Sequence record: PZ166176.1 | Reading direction: 5' to 3' (one strand) | Source of the DNA: a phage | Length of the DNA: 64,000 nucleotides | Part shown: piece by piece, positions 24,489-35,827 of the stretch | Position numbering within the stretch: position 1 is the stretch's first letter | How the letters are laid out: each line of letters starts with the position of its first letter | Position numbers and translations under genes: made by a program | Notes under the pieces: generated by a model | What the model saw: the letters and a program-made list of their open reading frames with translations, nothing else | What the model was told of the DNA's origin: nothing | The model's database searches: none

Positions 24489-27364
24489 TGTCAAGAGTTA
24501 AGCACAATATTGACAACACGTTTCAGTTGATTGAAGGGTTGGTTCAGTTTTTGGAAAGAAATACTGGGCTTACCATAGATCCTACGGTTCAGCATTACAT
24601 TATCAACCCACAAAACGTATTGGCGAACAACAGACACTTTATTAACTGGACAGCGCAGGAAGGGCAACCAAACGGTGACGCTACTACCGAAGGTCAATCT
24701 GTGCTTATCACTGGTTTTGCTTATGCATATTTGGCTACAGGGGATAAAAAATATCTTGAATCTGCCGAGAAGTATTGGCAAGCCTATATAGATCACTTCT
24801 TCGGGGGCCAACCTATTCCTGATCCTCCGGCTAAGTATCGTCCCAACTGGATCATCAATGGTAAAGAACCACGTTTAGCACATTACCCTCTCACAGATGA
24901 TGGGTATCCTACGCACGGTGGGTTCAAAGGTAGCATGATGACTTGGATTAACGGAAGGACTGTTATTCCTAAAGGTGCACCGCATTGGGGGGAATACTTA
25001 GATAAAGCTTGGTTTGCTTTCAATGGCAATCTTGGTTGGAACTCCGTTAACGCAACAGTTTATGCAACTAATCCAGATGGTTCAACCAACTGGAAAGAAT
25101 ATGGAGATCAGTGGGACGTTGAATGGATTATAGATCGTCTAGGACGTAAAGTTGATTGGGATGGTAACATTTTATCTACAGATCACAGCTTCGCAGAATA
25201 TGGAACAGTGCAACTTAAAAATGCTTCTGTGAACGGTGATTATAAATTCAACTACGCTACATGCAACCCTGTAGAACACGGTGGATATCTGCTTAAGCGT
25301 AATGAGATGTGGCATAACCGTCCTGTAAACGTTCCGGTAGAGTTAGGTTATCAAGATAATGCTTCCGATGCTGAAACGTGGTGGTGTGATGCAAACTACT
25401 TGATGTATCAGATCACAGGAGAGAGAAAATACTGGCTTTGCTGGCAATCTTCTTTATTGTTGTGTCAAGACTACTCAAACATCGATATGTTTGATAAATT
25501 CTTCCGTAGATCTACGACAGCAATAATTCCTTTTACAGATGGTATCTCGTATGATTACTCATACCCATCTACAGCAATACCTAAATATTCTCGTGACGAA
25601 TTAGGATACACAGTAATTCGCCAAGATGTTTCAGCACAAACAACTCTAGAACAACAGGCAGTTTGGTTCAGAGTAGATCAGAATTCAAAACTGCGTATTG
25701 AGTTTCAAGGTGTAGATGATGCAGGGGAAGGTGTTCTTTTCCGTCCAGAGCTAGAATTAAGCAAAACTAAGAGTGAAACAGACACAGTGACATATCGTTG
25801 TGGCTTACCTCTTGGTGCAGCTAATATGACTAAGATGGATATACCTTTATCTAGTTTTATGCGCACCGAACCTCCTGGAGGTGGTGTATATATTATTGCT
25901 GAACCCAGAATTATTGTTGACTGGGGAAGCAATACTGTGATACAATATAAATATGCAACTGGTATTGCTGGGACAAATAGTGATCAGATAGTTTCTGCTA
26001 ATATGGATTCAGATGGTGGTTTTACTGTTGGGTTTTGGTTAACACCAACTAAAACAGCCAATTTAAAATCTATTACATATCGTTCATACGCAGATGATTT
26101 TAACATCACTATTACGGATTCCGCAGGTTGGAGATGGTGGGCCATGTTAGAAAAAACAAATTCTGCATGGGTTACTAAAGCTTTAAGTCCTGCTGATTTC
26201 AAATTAAGCACTTGGCAACCCAATCATAACGACACAGAGACAAAACCTTCGTCAATAAACCTGACTGCTGTTGATCAGATCAACATTGCATTGGATTCTG
26301 AACCTGCAAATGGCTTGACAGGGGCAATCGATTTTTATTGTGTTAACGATATCCCATCTTTGTATTCTTCAGCCGCTGGTGATGATTACACAATGTATTT
26401 CAGGGTTACAGTTTCATCTGAAAATCCTTATACAGCAAAACTTGGAGATTGTACAATACTGGACTATAAACTTGACAGTTTGAATTATACTCCAGGAATC
26501 ATTCCATTTTCCAATATTAGTGATCCTAACACAGCATTATATGACGGTTGGCGTGGTATTCCTTACCCAGGTTATCAATACCCATCCTTATATTGTTTTA
26601 AAGGGAGAGATATTGACTGGGTTCGTATGAACAACAGTATAGACTTTTTATATGATTCACAAATGTGGTTTTATAATAAGTTTGCCCCTGTAATGCCTGG
26701 GCCAATGGCACAAGCTTATGTTTGGGATCGTTGGGATGCTCATAAATATGGAAACAAAAATGAGTTCACAATGTATCATTGGAACGATAAAGCTTGGGAT
26801 GGTTATGAAGCACGAGCATTCTTCTGTGCGTGTCATACGGTATACGAACTAAAGCGACGAGGAGCCGAAGTTCCTGAAAAACTTTTAACAGTTTGTAAAA
26901 ACTGGATCAACTACCTGAAGTGGTTCCAAGATAACAACGAAGGAAGAACACCAACAATATTTTATCCCAACGGAGAAGTGGCTGCGCCTGTAGATGACTT
27001 TACAAGTCACATGTCTGCGCTCTTTATGGCGGGATGTGCTATAATGGGGATGGCTGGATATGATTCAGAAATTCCTAACATTAAAATAGTAGCAGACCGC
27101 TGTTTTGAACTTATTCAGGAAAACTATATTGTTCTTGGTCCTAATCACGTTATGAATGGTTGTTGGAGTGCTGCTCCTAGACCAGACAGTGATAACGGAG
27201 TCTTCTTTGGCTTCCACGCTGGAGAGTTGTTACGTGGTTTTGGGTTGTATGCTTTATACAAAAAACTTAATCCCCAAAATGCATTACCTGTTTTGGATTC
27301 GAGCAATATTCCTGCACTTACTGTTTTGACAATGGCAAACATTAGTGTGGACGTTACCGAGTAA
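24488..27364 (+). CDS. large tail / baseplate structural protein (958 aa)
   Basis: Long ORF within the baseplate block; no recognisable catalytic motif. Confidence 0.5.
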   Translation: MSRVKHNIDNTFQLIEGLVQFLERNTGLTIDPTVQHYIINPQNVLANNRHFINWTAQEGQPNGDATTEGQSVLITGFAYAYLATGDKKYLESAEKYWQAYIDHFFGGQPIPDPPAKYRPNWIINGKEPRLAHYPLTDDGYPTHGGFKGSMMTWINGRTVIPKGAPHWGEYLDKAWFAFNGNLGWNSVNATVYATNPDGSTNWKEYGDQWDVEWIIDRLGRKVDWDGNILSTDHSFAEYGTVQLKNASVNGDYKFNYATCNPVEHGGYLLKRNEMWHNRPVNVPVELGYQDNASDAETWWCDANYLMYQITGERKYWLCWQSSLLLCQDYSNIDMFDKFFRRSTTAIIPFTDGISYDYSYPSTAIPKYSRDELGYTVIRQDVSAQTTLEQQAVWFRVDQNSKLRIEFQGVDDAGEGVLFRPELELSKTKSETDTVTYRCGLPLGAANMTKMDIPLSSFMRTEPPGGGVYIIAEPRIIVDWGSNTVIQYKYATGIAGTNSDQIVSANMDSDGGFTVGFWLTPTKTANLKSITYRSYADDFNITITDSAGWRWWAMLEKTNSAWVTKALSPADFKLSTWQPNHNDTETKPSSINLTAVDQINIALDSEPANGLTGAIDFYCVNDIPSLYSSAAGDDYTMYFRVTVSSENPYTAKLGDCTILDYKLDSLNYTPGIIPFSNISDPNTALYDGWRGIPYPGYQYPSLYCFKGRDIDWVRMNNSIDFLYDSQMWFYNKFAPVMPGPMAQAYVWDRWDAHKYGNKNEFTMYHWNDKAWDGYEARAFFCACHTVYELKRRGAEVPEKLLTVCKNWINYLKWFQDNNEGRTPTIFYPNGEVAAPVDDFTSHMSALFMAGCAIMGMAGYDSEIPNIKIVADRCFELIQENYIVLGPNHVMNGCWSAAPRPDSDNGVFFGFHAGELLRGFGLYALYKKLNPQNALPVLDSSNIPALTVLTMANISVDVTE

Positions 27365-27372
27365 GGGGTAAA

Positions 27373-29526
27373 ATGAAACAAGCTATATTTACTGTCACGC
27401 GAGACAAGAGAGTAAATGCGAGTTCATTTAACTACACGACTGTTGACGGAACAGCAGTCGCTGGTAGAGATTATATTGCAAAATCGGGAACACTTGTGTT
27501 CCCTGATGATGCGGATTCTGCTACTATTGTGGTTGAAGTATTTGAACGACCAAAGAACTCAATAGATCTTAACTTCTCCCTCCAAGTTTCAGGGATTAGT
27601 CAAAATAACATGATGGTTGAAACGACCATTAATTGTATTATAACTACTATCCAAGAAAATACTACTCCAATAACTTGGACTACAAAAGACGTTAAAATGT
27701 TCTCTCCTATGTATTGGACAATAGATTCTCAAGCAACGGAAAGTTGTTCTATTGTATCTCATGGAGACTCTTTTACTGCAAGATTTGTAAACAGAACAAC
27801 AGCAGGTTTGGCAGGGGTTATCTGGAGCACAGTTGACAAATATGACCATAAAGGTGTTGGGTATTTGCCTCACACAGATTTAAGTTCAGAGAAACTTTGG
27901 TTTAAAATGGAAATTAGTCAAAACATGCCAGGTTTTAAAGAAGAACCTTTGGTGCCGACTTTGACTGTAACTCTCCTGGATAAAAGTGTTCATTATGTCA
28001 GTTTAGGATTCTACGCTTCAGATATTTCAGAAGATGGTAAAACAGCCACAATAAAGTTAGATTTTGGTAATATCTTTTCTGGCCCTAATAATGATATTCC
28101 TTTGGATATGAGTGCTGTAGATAATATTTTCTTCTCTTTGATTACAGCAAGGTATGAAGAAATAGAAGAGATTATACCTATTGCCAGTCAAGAGGCTTGG
28201 TTTACTTTCACTCTTCTTGAACCTACTTCTGGTTACAGTATGATGAAAGTCAGCAACCTTGTCCAGCCTGAACATGATATTCGCATGTGCACATCTTATG
28301 ATGATATGTATAACCTGACTCCAGAGAGAGTTATTTATAATACATATGCACTAGGTTATCGTGGAATGATTAACCATTACAACGGAATGTCTCACTATTA
28401 TGAGTTCTCATGGAACGGAACATCTTGGGCTTTAAATAGATCTGTTTTCCTGAATCCGGCTACAGAAGCTTGGCTTAACAGTTTCCATTCTATAGCTAAT
28501 GAAAATGGCTACACAATAATGAACTCTTTGAGTTTTGAGTTGATGAGCACAGTTTGTCCTGTTGAATGGGTCCAGCATGATTGGAACGATGCTCTTGCAG
28601 CAACAGGGTATAAGCCTCCTAGTTACGTGTTGTCTCCAACTATTGACGAAGGCATGGAATATTTGCAAAATGTTATTAACAAAATAGCATCTATTTCTCA
28701 AGCTAATAACATTCCAGTCGTAATTCAAATTGGTGAACCTTGGTGGTGGTATAATACAGCAAGTAAAATGCCTTGTATATATGATTACACTACCAAACTG
28801 GCATTCAATACAGAAACAGGCTTATTTGCACAAGACGCAGGAACAATAGATAATTATAAAACAGGAACACCATTTGACGAATACTATGCATTTTTGTCTC
28901 GTAAACTAGGGTTAAGAGTTACAAAGTTTGCAACAGACACCAGAGCAACTTATCCTGGAGCTAAAGTAACATTGCTTCCGTTCTTACCGTCAATTATTGG
29001 CAACGGTTTGATGGAGAAAGTTAACTTCCCGTCTGATTACTACATTCCTGAAGCTTTTGATTTTTACTGTTCAGAGTGTTACGACTGGCTTCTGGAAGGT
29101 AAAATGATGAAAGCATTCGATGCAATTACCATACCACATGAAAAATTAGGTTTTGAATATTCTGATATTCACTATCTTTCGGGTTTTGTTCCAGATGCTA
29201 CTCTTGCACCTTTGTATGGCTTCGATCCTGAATCAAACTACCGCACGTATCTTTGGAAAATGATTATAGGTAATATAGTGTTGAACGCCAATAAGTTCAA
29301 TGGGCTTACACAATATATATGGGCCTATCCTCAAATAATGCATGATTCCATCACGGTAGTTAATTCTCAATCCCAAGTTTTCTATATGGGTAATGTGCCT
29401 TTGAATTGTTATTTGCAAGATATCACTCTTAAACAAGCAAATGTTGAGATTGCTACCATAAGTGGAATTACATTAGCTACTAAATCTGGAGAAGATTTAG
29501 TAACAACACAAAAATTTTATATATAG
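27373..29526 (+). CDS. large tail-associated protein (717 aa)
   Basis: Long ORF following the 958-aa gene. Confidence 0.5.
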   Translation: MKQAIFTVTRDKRVNASSFNYTTVDGTAVAGRDYIAKSGTLVFPDDADSATIVVEVFERPKNSIDLNFSLQVSGISQNNMMVETTINCIITTIQENTTPITWTTKDVKMFSPMYWTIDSQATESCSIVSHGDSFTARFVNRTTAGLAGVIWSTVDKYDHKGVGYLPHTDLSSEKLWFKMEISQNMPGFKEEPLVPTLTVTLLDKSVHYVSLGFYASDISEDGKTATIKLDFGNIFSGPNNDIPLDMSAVDNIFFSLITARYEEIEEIIPIASQEAWFTFTLLEPTSGYSMMKVSNLVQPEHDIRMCTSYDDMYNLTPERVIYNTYALGYRGMINHYNGMSHYYEFSWNGTSWALNRSVFLNPATEAWLNSFHSIANENGYTIMNSLSFELMSTVCPVEWVQHDWNDALAATGYKPPSYVLSPTIDEGMEYLQNVINKIASISQANNIPVVIQIGEPWWWYNTASKMPCIYDYTTKLAFNTETGLFAQDAGTIDNYKTGTPFDEYYAFLSRKLGLRVTKFATDTRATYPGAKVTLLPFLPSIIGNGLMEKVNFPSDYYIPEAFDFYCSECYDWLLEGKMMKAFDAITIPHEKLGFEYSDIHYLSGFVPDATLAPLYGFDPESNYRTYLWKMIIGNIVLNANKFNGLTQYIWAYPQIMHDSITVVNSQSQVFYMGNVPLNCYLQDITLKQANVEIATISGITLATKSGEDLVTTQKFYI

Positions 29527-29534
29527 GAGTAAAA

Positions 29535-31481
29535 ATGTCAACTACAATTACTAATTTACCCGAAACATCAAAAGTTAATGGTTCTGATTACCTAGTTTTA
29601 GACCAATCTGATAAGACCGTTAAAAGCACAGTTTCTAACTTTCTTGCTGACACTGGGGTGGTTTTAGCCACCCAGTTGAAAGATACAAATGGAGCAGATT
29701 TAATACAATCCTCAAATGGTAATACTGTTCAGGAAGAGTTGAATAACAATCTTCTTAATGATCGTGAACAGTGGTGTCGTAGTCTTGCTGAGGCAGGGTT
29801 AACCCTTGTCAACGGTAGCTTTGAAGAAGGCGCTACATTAAATAATAAGACCGATGCTGTTTGGTATATTGCAGGCGGTCAGTGTTATTCATGGGATGGT
29901 GCACTACCTAAAGAAGTTCCAAATGGCTCAACTCCAGAAACATCTGGTGGTGTTGGTCTGGGTGCGTGGGTTAGTGTTGGTGATGCATCGTTGCGCACTG
30001 AACTTTCCTCTTTATCAGGGGCTAATCTTGTTGGGTATAGCGTTTCCATGAGATATAATGAAGAGACTGTTGGGTGGATGTTAGAAAATCTCACCGACAG
30101 AGCTTTATCATCAAGTGATTTCCCTGGAGACGATGCCGGAGAACAAATAAATAACGGTCTTGATTTTTTACGCTCCCAGAATGAGAAATATAGACAAGGG
30201 GGAACATTAAACCTACCCAGAGAAACACTGAATGTATCGACACCGATTACACTCGACAGAACTCCAAGCGGTGCGCCAGATGAAAATGATGAATATACAA
30301 TATCTGGCTCTGGAAAAGGAGGGACAGTACTGATAGCGGGTAATAGCTTCCCACCAGATAAAGCGGTTTTAACAACTAACTCTGCTAATGGTAATGCGGT
30401 TCAAGGTTTTAAATTAAAAGACTTTTCCATCAGGGGTGGCAAAAACGGACTTCGTATTGAAACCGCATCAAGAAGTATAATAGACAGCATCAAAGTTTCG
30501 GGATCAGGTTCGGACGGTATTTATGTAGGTAATAGCTGGGTCAATCTTTATAGTCAGGTGCTTGTAGATTCAAGCGGTGGTAATGGAATTACGTTCGATA
30601 ATAGTCTACAAAAAACAAGCACAACAGTACTTTCAGGATACCAGTTAAAAAACAAGGGGTCAGGTTGGGATTTTGGTTTTATGAACTATTCAGTGGCAAT
30701 TGCCACTGCTTCAGATCAGAACTCACAACATGGCTATAAAATATCAAGGTCGGAAGGATTTGTTCTTATATCTCCGGGAGCGGAAAGCAACGGGGGTGCT
30801 GGTATATTAGCTGAGGCATCAACATCTTTAGGGGAAAACAAGAGCGTCCTAATTCAAGGAGCTTTTTGCCACAATAATAATAAGATAGGTACTTACGCGA
30901 ATCTTTTATATGCGGTGAGTACTGCTAACACAATAAACCGTGTAAAAATAACAGATAGCACAGCACATTCCAGCCCTGTAGGTTCTCCAGATGTTGTTGC
31001 TGATGGGAACGAATGCGTTGTCACAATAGATAACTGCGTACTACCTAACGGCTGGGAATCCAGAAATGGTGGATATATTGACTGGGTTCATCATACCCTA
31101 TATGTACAGAAACCAGGAATCACAGGGGCAACAGCCATATGCAACTTAAGAGGAACTCAGGGGCACGGTAGAAATGAAGCTTCTGCTTCTGATAGTTTTG
31201 CTGGGGAAGTAACCATAGTAGCAAGTCCATTAGCGCCTTCAACAGCGACAAGACGACTTGCTATCTATAAACTTTTTATTTGCGTAGCAGCGGATACCGG
31301 CGTTCAATGCGAAGTGATAAAACAATTGGGTTACGTATCTGGAAATGTTCCAGGTTCGCCAAGTTTCACATGGAGCATCGGTTCATCTCATGAATTGATA
31401 GCAACCCCAATAGGGTCTACAGCCGGAACGTTCTATTTTGAAATCACAACGGATTCGCAAGTTGTAGCCCTCAAAAGATAA
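29535..31481 (+). CDS. putative tail spike / fibre protein (648 aa)
   Basis: Long ORF; Gly/Ser/Asn/Thr-rich middle region consistent with a beta-helix receptor-binding protein (inference). Confidence 0.45.
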   Translation: MSTTITNLPETSKVNGSDYLVLDQSDKTVKSTVSNFLADTGVVLATQLKDTNGADLIQSSNGNTVQEELNNNLLNDREQWCRSLAEAGLTLVNGSFEEGATLNNKTDAVWYIAGGQCYSWDGALPKEVPNGSTPETSGGVGLGAWVSVGDASLRTELSSLSGANLVGYSVSMRYNEETVGWMLENLTDRALSSSDFPGDDAGEQINNGLDFLRSQNEKYRQGGTLNLPRETLNVSTPITLDRTPSGAPDENDEYTISGSGKGGTVLIAGNSFPPDKAVLTTNSANGNAVQGFKLKDFSIRGGKNGLRIETASRSIIDSIKVSGSGSDGIYVGNSWVNLYSQVLVDSSGGNGITFDNSLQKTSTTVLSGYQLKNKGSGWDFGFMNYSVAIATASDQNSQHGYKISRSEGFVLISPGAESNGGAGILAEASTSLGENKSVLIQGAFCHNNNKIGTYANLLYAVSTANTINRVKITDSTAHSSPVGSPDVVADGNECVVTIDNCVLPNGWESRNGGYIDWVHHTLYVQKPGITGATAICNLRGTQGHGRNEASASDSFAGEVTIVASPLAPSTATRRLAIYKLFICVAADTGVQCEVIKQLGYVSGNVPGSPSFTWSIGSSHELIATPIGSTAGTFYFEITTDSQVVALKR

Positions 31482-31487
31482 AAACAA

Positions 31488-31510
31488 CCCCGCTTCGGCG
31501 GGGGGTTCTT
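31488..31510 (+). terminator. terminator-like hairpin CCCCGC-TTCG-GCGGGG (same module as at 20400)
   Basis: Identical stem-loop motif to the tape-measure terminator; downstream T tract is weak. Confidence 0.5.
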
Positions 31511-31530
31511 AGAAAAACAAAGAGGTACTT

Positions 31531-31842
31531 ATGAACGAGATGTTCTCACAAGGTGGTAAAGGTTCAACTGGAATCTTAACCAATAAACAAGCAGTAGCCC
31601 GTCACTTTGGAGTTAAACAATCTGAGGTTGTTTACTTCTCAGTTGGTGCACTGCTTGATGGGTACAAAGTTATCTATGATAAGGAGACGCAAAGGGCGTA
31701 TTCCCTACCTGCTGATATTGCCCCAGGTACTATTGCCATTAGTCTTAGTGCTGCCGGAGTATTAGTTCACTCTGCGGGTAATGTGGACCTTGGGGAATTA
31801 GCTGTATCTCGTGATTTAAAAAGTAATGAGAACGCACTATGA
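31531..31842 (+). CDS. hypothetical protein (103 aa)
   Basis: ORF with RBS AGAGG; sits between fibre-like genes. Confidence 0.45.
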   Translation: MNEMFSQGGKGSTGILTNKQAVARHFGVKQSEVVYFSVGALLDGYKVIYDKETQRAYSLPADIAPGTIAISLSAAGVLVHSAGNVDLGELAVSRDLKSNENAL

Positions 31843-32081
31843 GAAAATTTTTAATAGGTATGTTCTGTACATATCCTGATAATAAAGTCAGTTCTACGAA
31901 AGTCTGGAACGCTGTAGGCATGTCGGTTATGACAGGCATGTTTATCTTTTTAGGAATAGAAAAAGAAATTCCTGAATGGATGGGTTGGGCTTTTGTTTTC
32001 ATGATAACTCCTTCTCGCCTCATGAAAAATCTTATTGATTTACGCTGGGGCAGATCACAATCTACCAAAGAGGATGACTAA
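31839..32081 (+). CDS. small membrane protein with two predicted TM helices (holin-like topology)
   Basis: 80 aa; hydrophobic segments VWNAVGMSVMTGMFIFLGI and WMGWAFVFMITP followed by a charged C-terminus. Confidence 0.35.
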   Translation: MRKFLIGMFCTYPDNKVSSTKVWNAVGMSVMTGMFIFLGIEKEIPEWMGWAFVFMITPSRLMKNLIDLRWGRSQSTKEDD

Positions 32082-33568
32082 TGGACGAATATGGTTTGAC
32101 AGATGCGGGATTTGTAATCCCGACTTTTGACGATGTTTTAAACAACTACATGACAGCAGTAAAAAACACATTTGGTGCAGATGCAGCCACTTCGGAAGAT
32201 ACTGTGATCGGACAACTGTTTAGAATAATTGCATACACAGATTACACATTGTGGGAAGGTATGCAAGGTGTTTACAATACTCAAACACTGGATGGTGCAG
32301 AAGGTATTTATCTTGATGAAATCTTTTCTAAACGCGGTTTCTATCGAGCAGGGGCAGCAGCAAGTACAGGTTATGCATATGTTAAGAGTAATAACAAAGC
32401 AGCTTGGACTTATGAGCTAGGCACGGATATTTACTTCAACTCTGATAGTGATATGAACTACTATGTTAGCACACCAACTATGTTGAATGCTAAGATTGCA
32501 GCTTATCAAATCTCTCGTGCTAATGCAACTGCTACAGGTGTTCCAAATATTACTTTTTATGCACAAAGTGCGGTGGATGGAGGACTAAACAGTAAAACAC
32601 TTGCACCTGGTTCTTCTACATTTATAACCGATCTTGAAACTTTTATCAAGGCGAATTTAACAGAAGCTGATCGTAGTCTTGTATTTTCTGATTCAGGTAA
32701 CTTATCAATTGGTTTTACTTCTTTAACCAGCGATACTCCAGTGGGACTAGTAACTCCTATCAAATTTTATGCCAGTGTTCCAGTTGGAACCAAATGGAGT
32801 GAAATTCCAGTAGTTGCAGCAGAGAAAGGATACAATCCTGTTGGTGTGGAGTCTATTACAGGGATATCTTCTACCTTTACAGGTTATCTTGACAGTGGTA
32901 ACTTTTATTCATTTTCTCCTGGTCGGGATGTTGAGACAGATGCAGAATTCCGCTCTCGTTTCAATGACAACGTTGATGAAGCTAACGCAGGGACACGAGC
33001 AGCTATTGTGAAAGCTCTGTTACTTACAGATGGTGTTACTAAGGTGAAGATTTATGATAACCCTACGTTACATGATCAAGAACACGCTCCAGCTATGACT
33101 TTCCAGACTATAGTTTATGGTGGCAGTGCAGAAGAAATTGCAAATGTTATCTATAAAACCAAACCAATCAACACTTTGACACACGGAACAACTAACATAA
33201 CAGTTACAACAGAAGATGGAGGACAAGAAATTATTCGCTTCTCTCCTGGTGCTTCTGCTATGTATTCCGTAAAACTTGTTTATCAAACTGTCAACGGAAC
33301 AACTTTAAGTGGAACAGAAAAACAAAACATCGTAGAAGCTTTACAAAACCTGCAAGCTTACTTTGAGTTAGGTTCTTCAGTAACGAACGATCAAATCAAA
33401 GGTGTTATTTATGCAGCACTTGCTTTTGGACGCTTGACTTCTCTTCGTGTTTATGTTAAACTTAATACTGAGGATGACAGTAAATATACAGAGAATAATA
33501 TAGTTCCTGCTTATAATGTTGTCCCTTCTTTTGACCTTGATAACATTTCTTACGAGTATGGAGTGTAA
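32081..33568 (+). CDS. putative baseplate J-like protein (495 aa)
   Basis: Size and position (followed by a roughly 200-aa gene and a fibre gene, as in P2-type baseplate modules). Confidence 0.4.
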   Translation: MDEYGLTDAGFVIPTFDDVLNNYMTAVKNTFGADAATSEDTVIGQLFRIIAYTDYTLWEGMQGVYNTQTLDGAEGIYLDEIFSKRGFYRAGAAASTGYAYVKSNNKAAWTYELGTDIYFNSDSDMNYYVSTPTMLNAKIAAYQISRANATATGVPNITFYAQSAVDGGLNSKTLAPGSSTFITDLETFIKANLTEADRSLVFSDSGNLSIGFTSLTSDTPVGLVTPIKFYASVPVGTKWSEIPVVAAEKGYNPVGVESITGISSTFTGYLDSGNFYSFSPGRDVETDAEFRSRFNDNVDEANAGTRAAIVKALLLTDGVTKVKIYDNPTLHDQEHAPAMTFQTIVYGGSAEEIANVIYKTKPINTLTHGTTNITVTTEDGGQEIIRFSPGASAMYSVKLVYQTVNGTTLSGTEKQNIVEALQNLQAYFELGSSVTNDQIKGVIYAALAFGRLTSLRVYVKLNTEDDSKYTENNIVPAYNVVPSFDLDNISYEYGV

Positions 33569-33570
33569 AA

Positions 33571-34200
33571 ATGGCAGTGAGTGTTGACCATGTAACAACT
33601 TGGGCCAGTATCAATGAAGATGTTAAAAACCTTCTGATTGAAGATTTTAAATCTTCTCCTAACATTGTCAAGCTCCTCTACATCGTATCCAGTGAAAAGC
33701 AAAAGATAGATCAGGCAATGATCTATCTTGCTAAACACCGCTTGATCTCTACAGCCACAGGCAAATACCTAGATATTCTAGGGGAAGAAATGGGGATCGA
33801 ACGTAATGGCTCTGATGATGAAGAGTATAGAACAATATTAAAAATCAGGGCTTACCGCGTAGCCTCATCGGGGACTCGTGGTGACATAATTGATATCTTC
33901 GCCCGTTTCACAGGAACAGAGCGTGAAACGCTTAATACTTACGTAGGTTTGAATAAAACCTTTGATGTGTTTTTCTACAACCTGTGTCTTCAATCTGATC
34001 AAGCTTTAGAGCAGTTGCTAAGTGTTTTCCCTATTATTAGTAGCTACCGTCTTGGAGCAAAAGCAGGATCAGCTTTTGGTTTTAGTTCTTATTATGCTAC
34101 CAAACCGCCTCATGGTATTGGTGGTTTAGGTTCCCTGTACATGGAATCTACTGGGGATGAAACAGGACGCATGTGTACGCTTCTCAAGCAAATAGATTAA
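33571..34200 (+). CDS. putative baseplate protein (gpI-like position, 209 aa)
   Basis: Synteny: between the J-like and fibre genes. Confidence 0.35.
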   Translation: MAVSVDHVTTWASINEDVKNLLIEDFKSSPNIVKLLYIVSSEKQKIDQAMIYLAKHRLISTATGKYLDILGEEMGIERNGSDDEEYRTILKIRAYRVASSGTRGDIIDIFARFTGTERETLNTYVGLNKTFDVFFYNLCLQSDQALEQLLSVFPIISSYRLGAKAGSAFGFSSYYATKPPHGIGGLGSLYMESTGDETGRMCTLLKQID

Positions 34201-34209
34201 GGAGTTTAA

Positions 34210-35271
34210 ATGGCGAAGCCAATATATTATCCTGACTGGGCTACACAAACTGTAACGCTCCCAGGAACTTTAAACACAAACAAAATTAGACCTAAAGAAA
34301 CCATCCGCACAGTTGGTATGGATTATGGTCAAATCATGACTTGCGAAGAAATGAACTGGATTCTTAATAATATCGGTTTATGGATTCGCTATTTGGTGGA
34401 TGACTTTCTTCCAACTTTGCCTGATACTTACTTGCCTTTAGTGGGAACTAAGATTACAATGGCTGGTGACGCTACTGGTGAGGCTACTTGGAATGGTAAC
34501 AAAGAAGTTACTTTATCTATCCAGGTTCAAGATAACAGTCATAATCACTTGTCGGCAAACATTACAGATGCCACTAGTTCAACAGTAACACCAAACGTGC
34601 TGGTAAAACGTGATGCGGGTGGTGCTATTTATGGTGGCGATGTTTATGTTAACGGTACTTCCACAACAGATCCTGCAACACTGTTCTTCAAAAACTTTGC
34701 AGGACAAACAAATGGTGAGATTTCTGCCGAGTATCAAAGCGGAGGTCAGCTTTATATTTATCGTAGAAATCCTAGCACAGGTAGTGTATCGGCAGGTGTT
34801 CGTTTATATGATGCAGGTTATGTTCTAATAGATAATCCAAGATCAAACAGTGGACAAGATACTTCTAACGGAAATGCTTTAGTTCGTTTAGATTATCTGA
34901 ACTCTCGTTTGACTTCCCTTCAGAACACATTGCAGACGAATATTAACACTGTTCAAAATAACTTGAATAATGTTAACAGCAACCTTTCTTCCCGTATAAA
35001 CAATGTAGAAAGTAATCATCAAAGTCAGATTACAAATAACTACAATTATGCTAACGGAACCTTTGTAAGAGATATTCGTTATACTAGCCAAGGTGTGTAT
35101 TATCCACCAGGGAACGAGGTTTCTTGGACTTATATCTGTTCTTCTGGTTATGTTCTTTCTGGTATTATCGTACAGGAAACAGGACGTAGTTCTGCGGATA
35201 ACATCGGTGGGGTTTATTTCAAACGCCTCCAGCGCAACGTTAACGGAAACTGGTACGATATCGGAGGCTAG
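34210..35271 (+). CDS. tail fibre protein (353 aa)
   Basis: Asn/Ser/Thr/Gln-rich repetitive C-terminal region; followed by a chaperone-sized gene. Confidence 0.5.
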   Translation: MAKPIYYPDWATQTVTLPGTLNTNKIRPKETIRTVGMDYGQIMTCEEMNWILNNIGLWIRYLVDDFLPTLPDTYLPLVGTKITMAGDATGEATWNGNKEVTLSIQVQDNSHNHLSANITDATSSTVTPNVLVKRDAGGAIYGGDVYVNGTSTTDPATLFFKNFAGQTNGEISAEYQSGGQLYIYRRNPSTGSVSAGVRLYDAGYVLIDNPRSNSGQDTSNGNALVRLDYLNSRLTSLQNTLQTNINTVQNNLNNVNSNLSSRINNVESNHQSQITNNYNYANGTFVRDIRYTSQGVYYPPGNEVSWTYICSSGYVLSGIIVQETGRSSADNIGGVYFKRLQRNVNGNWYDIGG

Positions 35272-35272
35272 A

Positions 35273-35818
35273 ATGAGATTTACAAATTTTAAAAGATATA
35301 TTCCCGAAGATCCCGAACTAAAAGAATTGGTAGAAGTAGAGAACATTCTTTTTCTTCGTTGCGATCAAGGTTACGATTGGTATGATTTACGTAGCACAGA
35401 ATTCAATAACGATAAAATGAAAGTCGTTTTTGACGATCAAAATCGTATTGTGTTTTGGAATACTGATCCTACACTACTTTGCCCTGAAGATCTTTCTATA
35501 GCACAAGTAGACTTTAATATAGATACTTTTGAGGATATTAGGAACAAGGTTCTGGATTTAGAAACCTTAACTCTTAAGGATAAAGAGTATTCCCGTGAAG
35601 AGTTGATGACACAAGCTAGTGCAAAAATTCGCTCTTTACAAGAAACAGCGGTAGCACTTATAACACCTTTACAGTATGCTAAAGATTTAGAAATGGCTAC
35701 TGAAGACGAATTAGCTTATCTTAAAAATCTTCAAGTTTATGTAGTTAAACTAAATCGTGTTCCGCTTCAAAAAGACTATCCTTACGCTATAGATTGGCCT
35801 ACATTACCGACAGAATAA
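35273..35818 (+). CDS. putative tail fibre assembly protein (181 aa)
   Basis: ATG at 35273 preceded by GGAGG and directly after the fibre stop; the track ORF starting at 35093 overlaps the fibre gene and is unlikely. Confidence 0.4.
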   Translation: MRFTNFKRYIPEDPELKELVEVENILFLRCDQGYDWYDLRSTEFNNDKMKVVFDDQNRIVFWNTDPTLLCPEDLSIAQVDFNIDTFEDIRNKVLDLETLTLKDKEYSREELMTQASAKIRSLQETAVALITPLQYAKDLEMATEDELAYLKNLQVYVVKLNRVPLQKDYPYAIDWPTLPTE

Positions 35819-35827
35819 GGGATCACT

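Noticed and set aside
35093-35272. Upstream part of track ORF 35093-35818
   Set aside because: It overlaps the last 180 nt of the fibre gene in another frame, whereas the ATG at 35273 has a GGAGG RBS and sits directly after the fibre stop.
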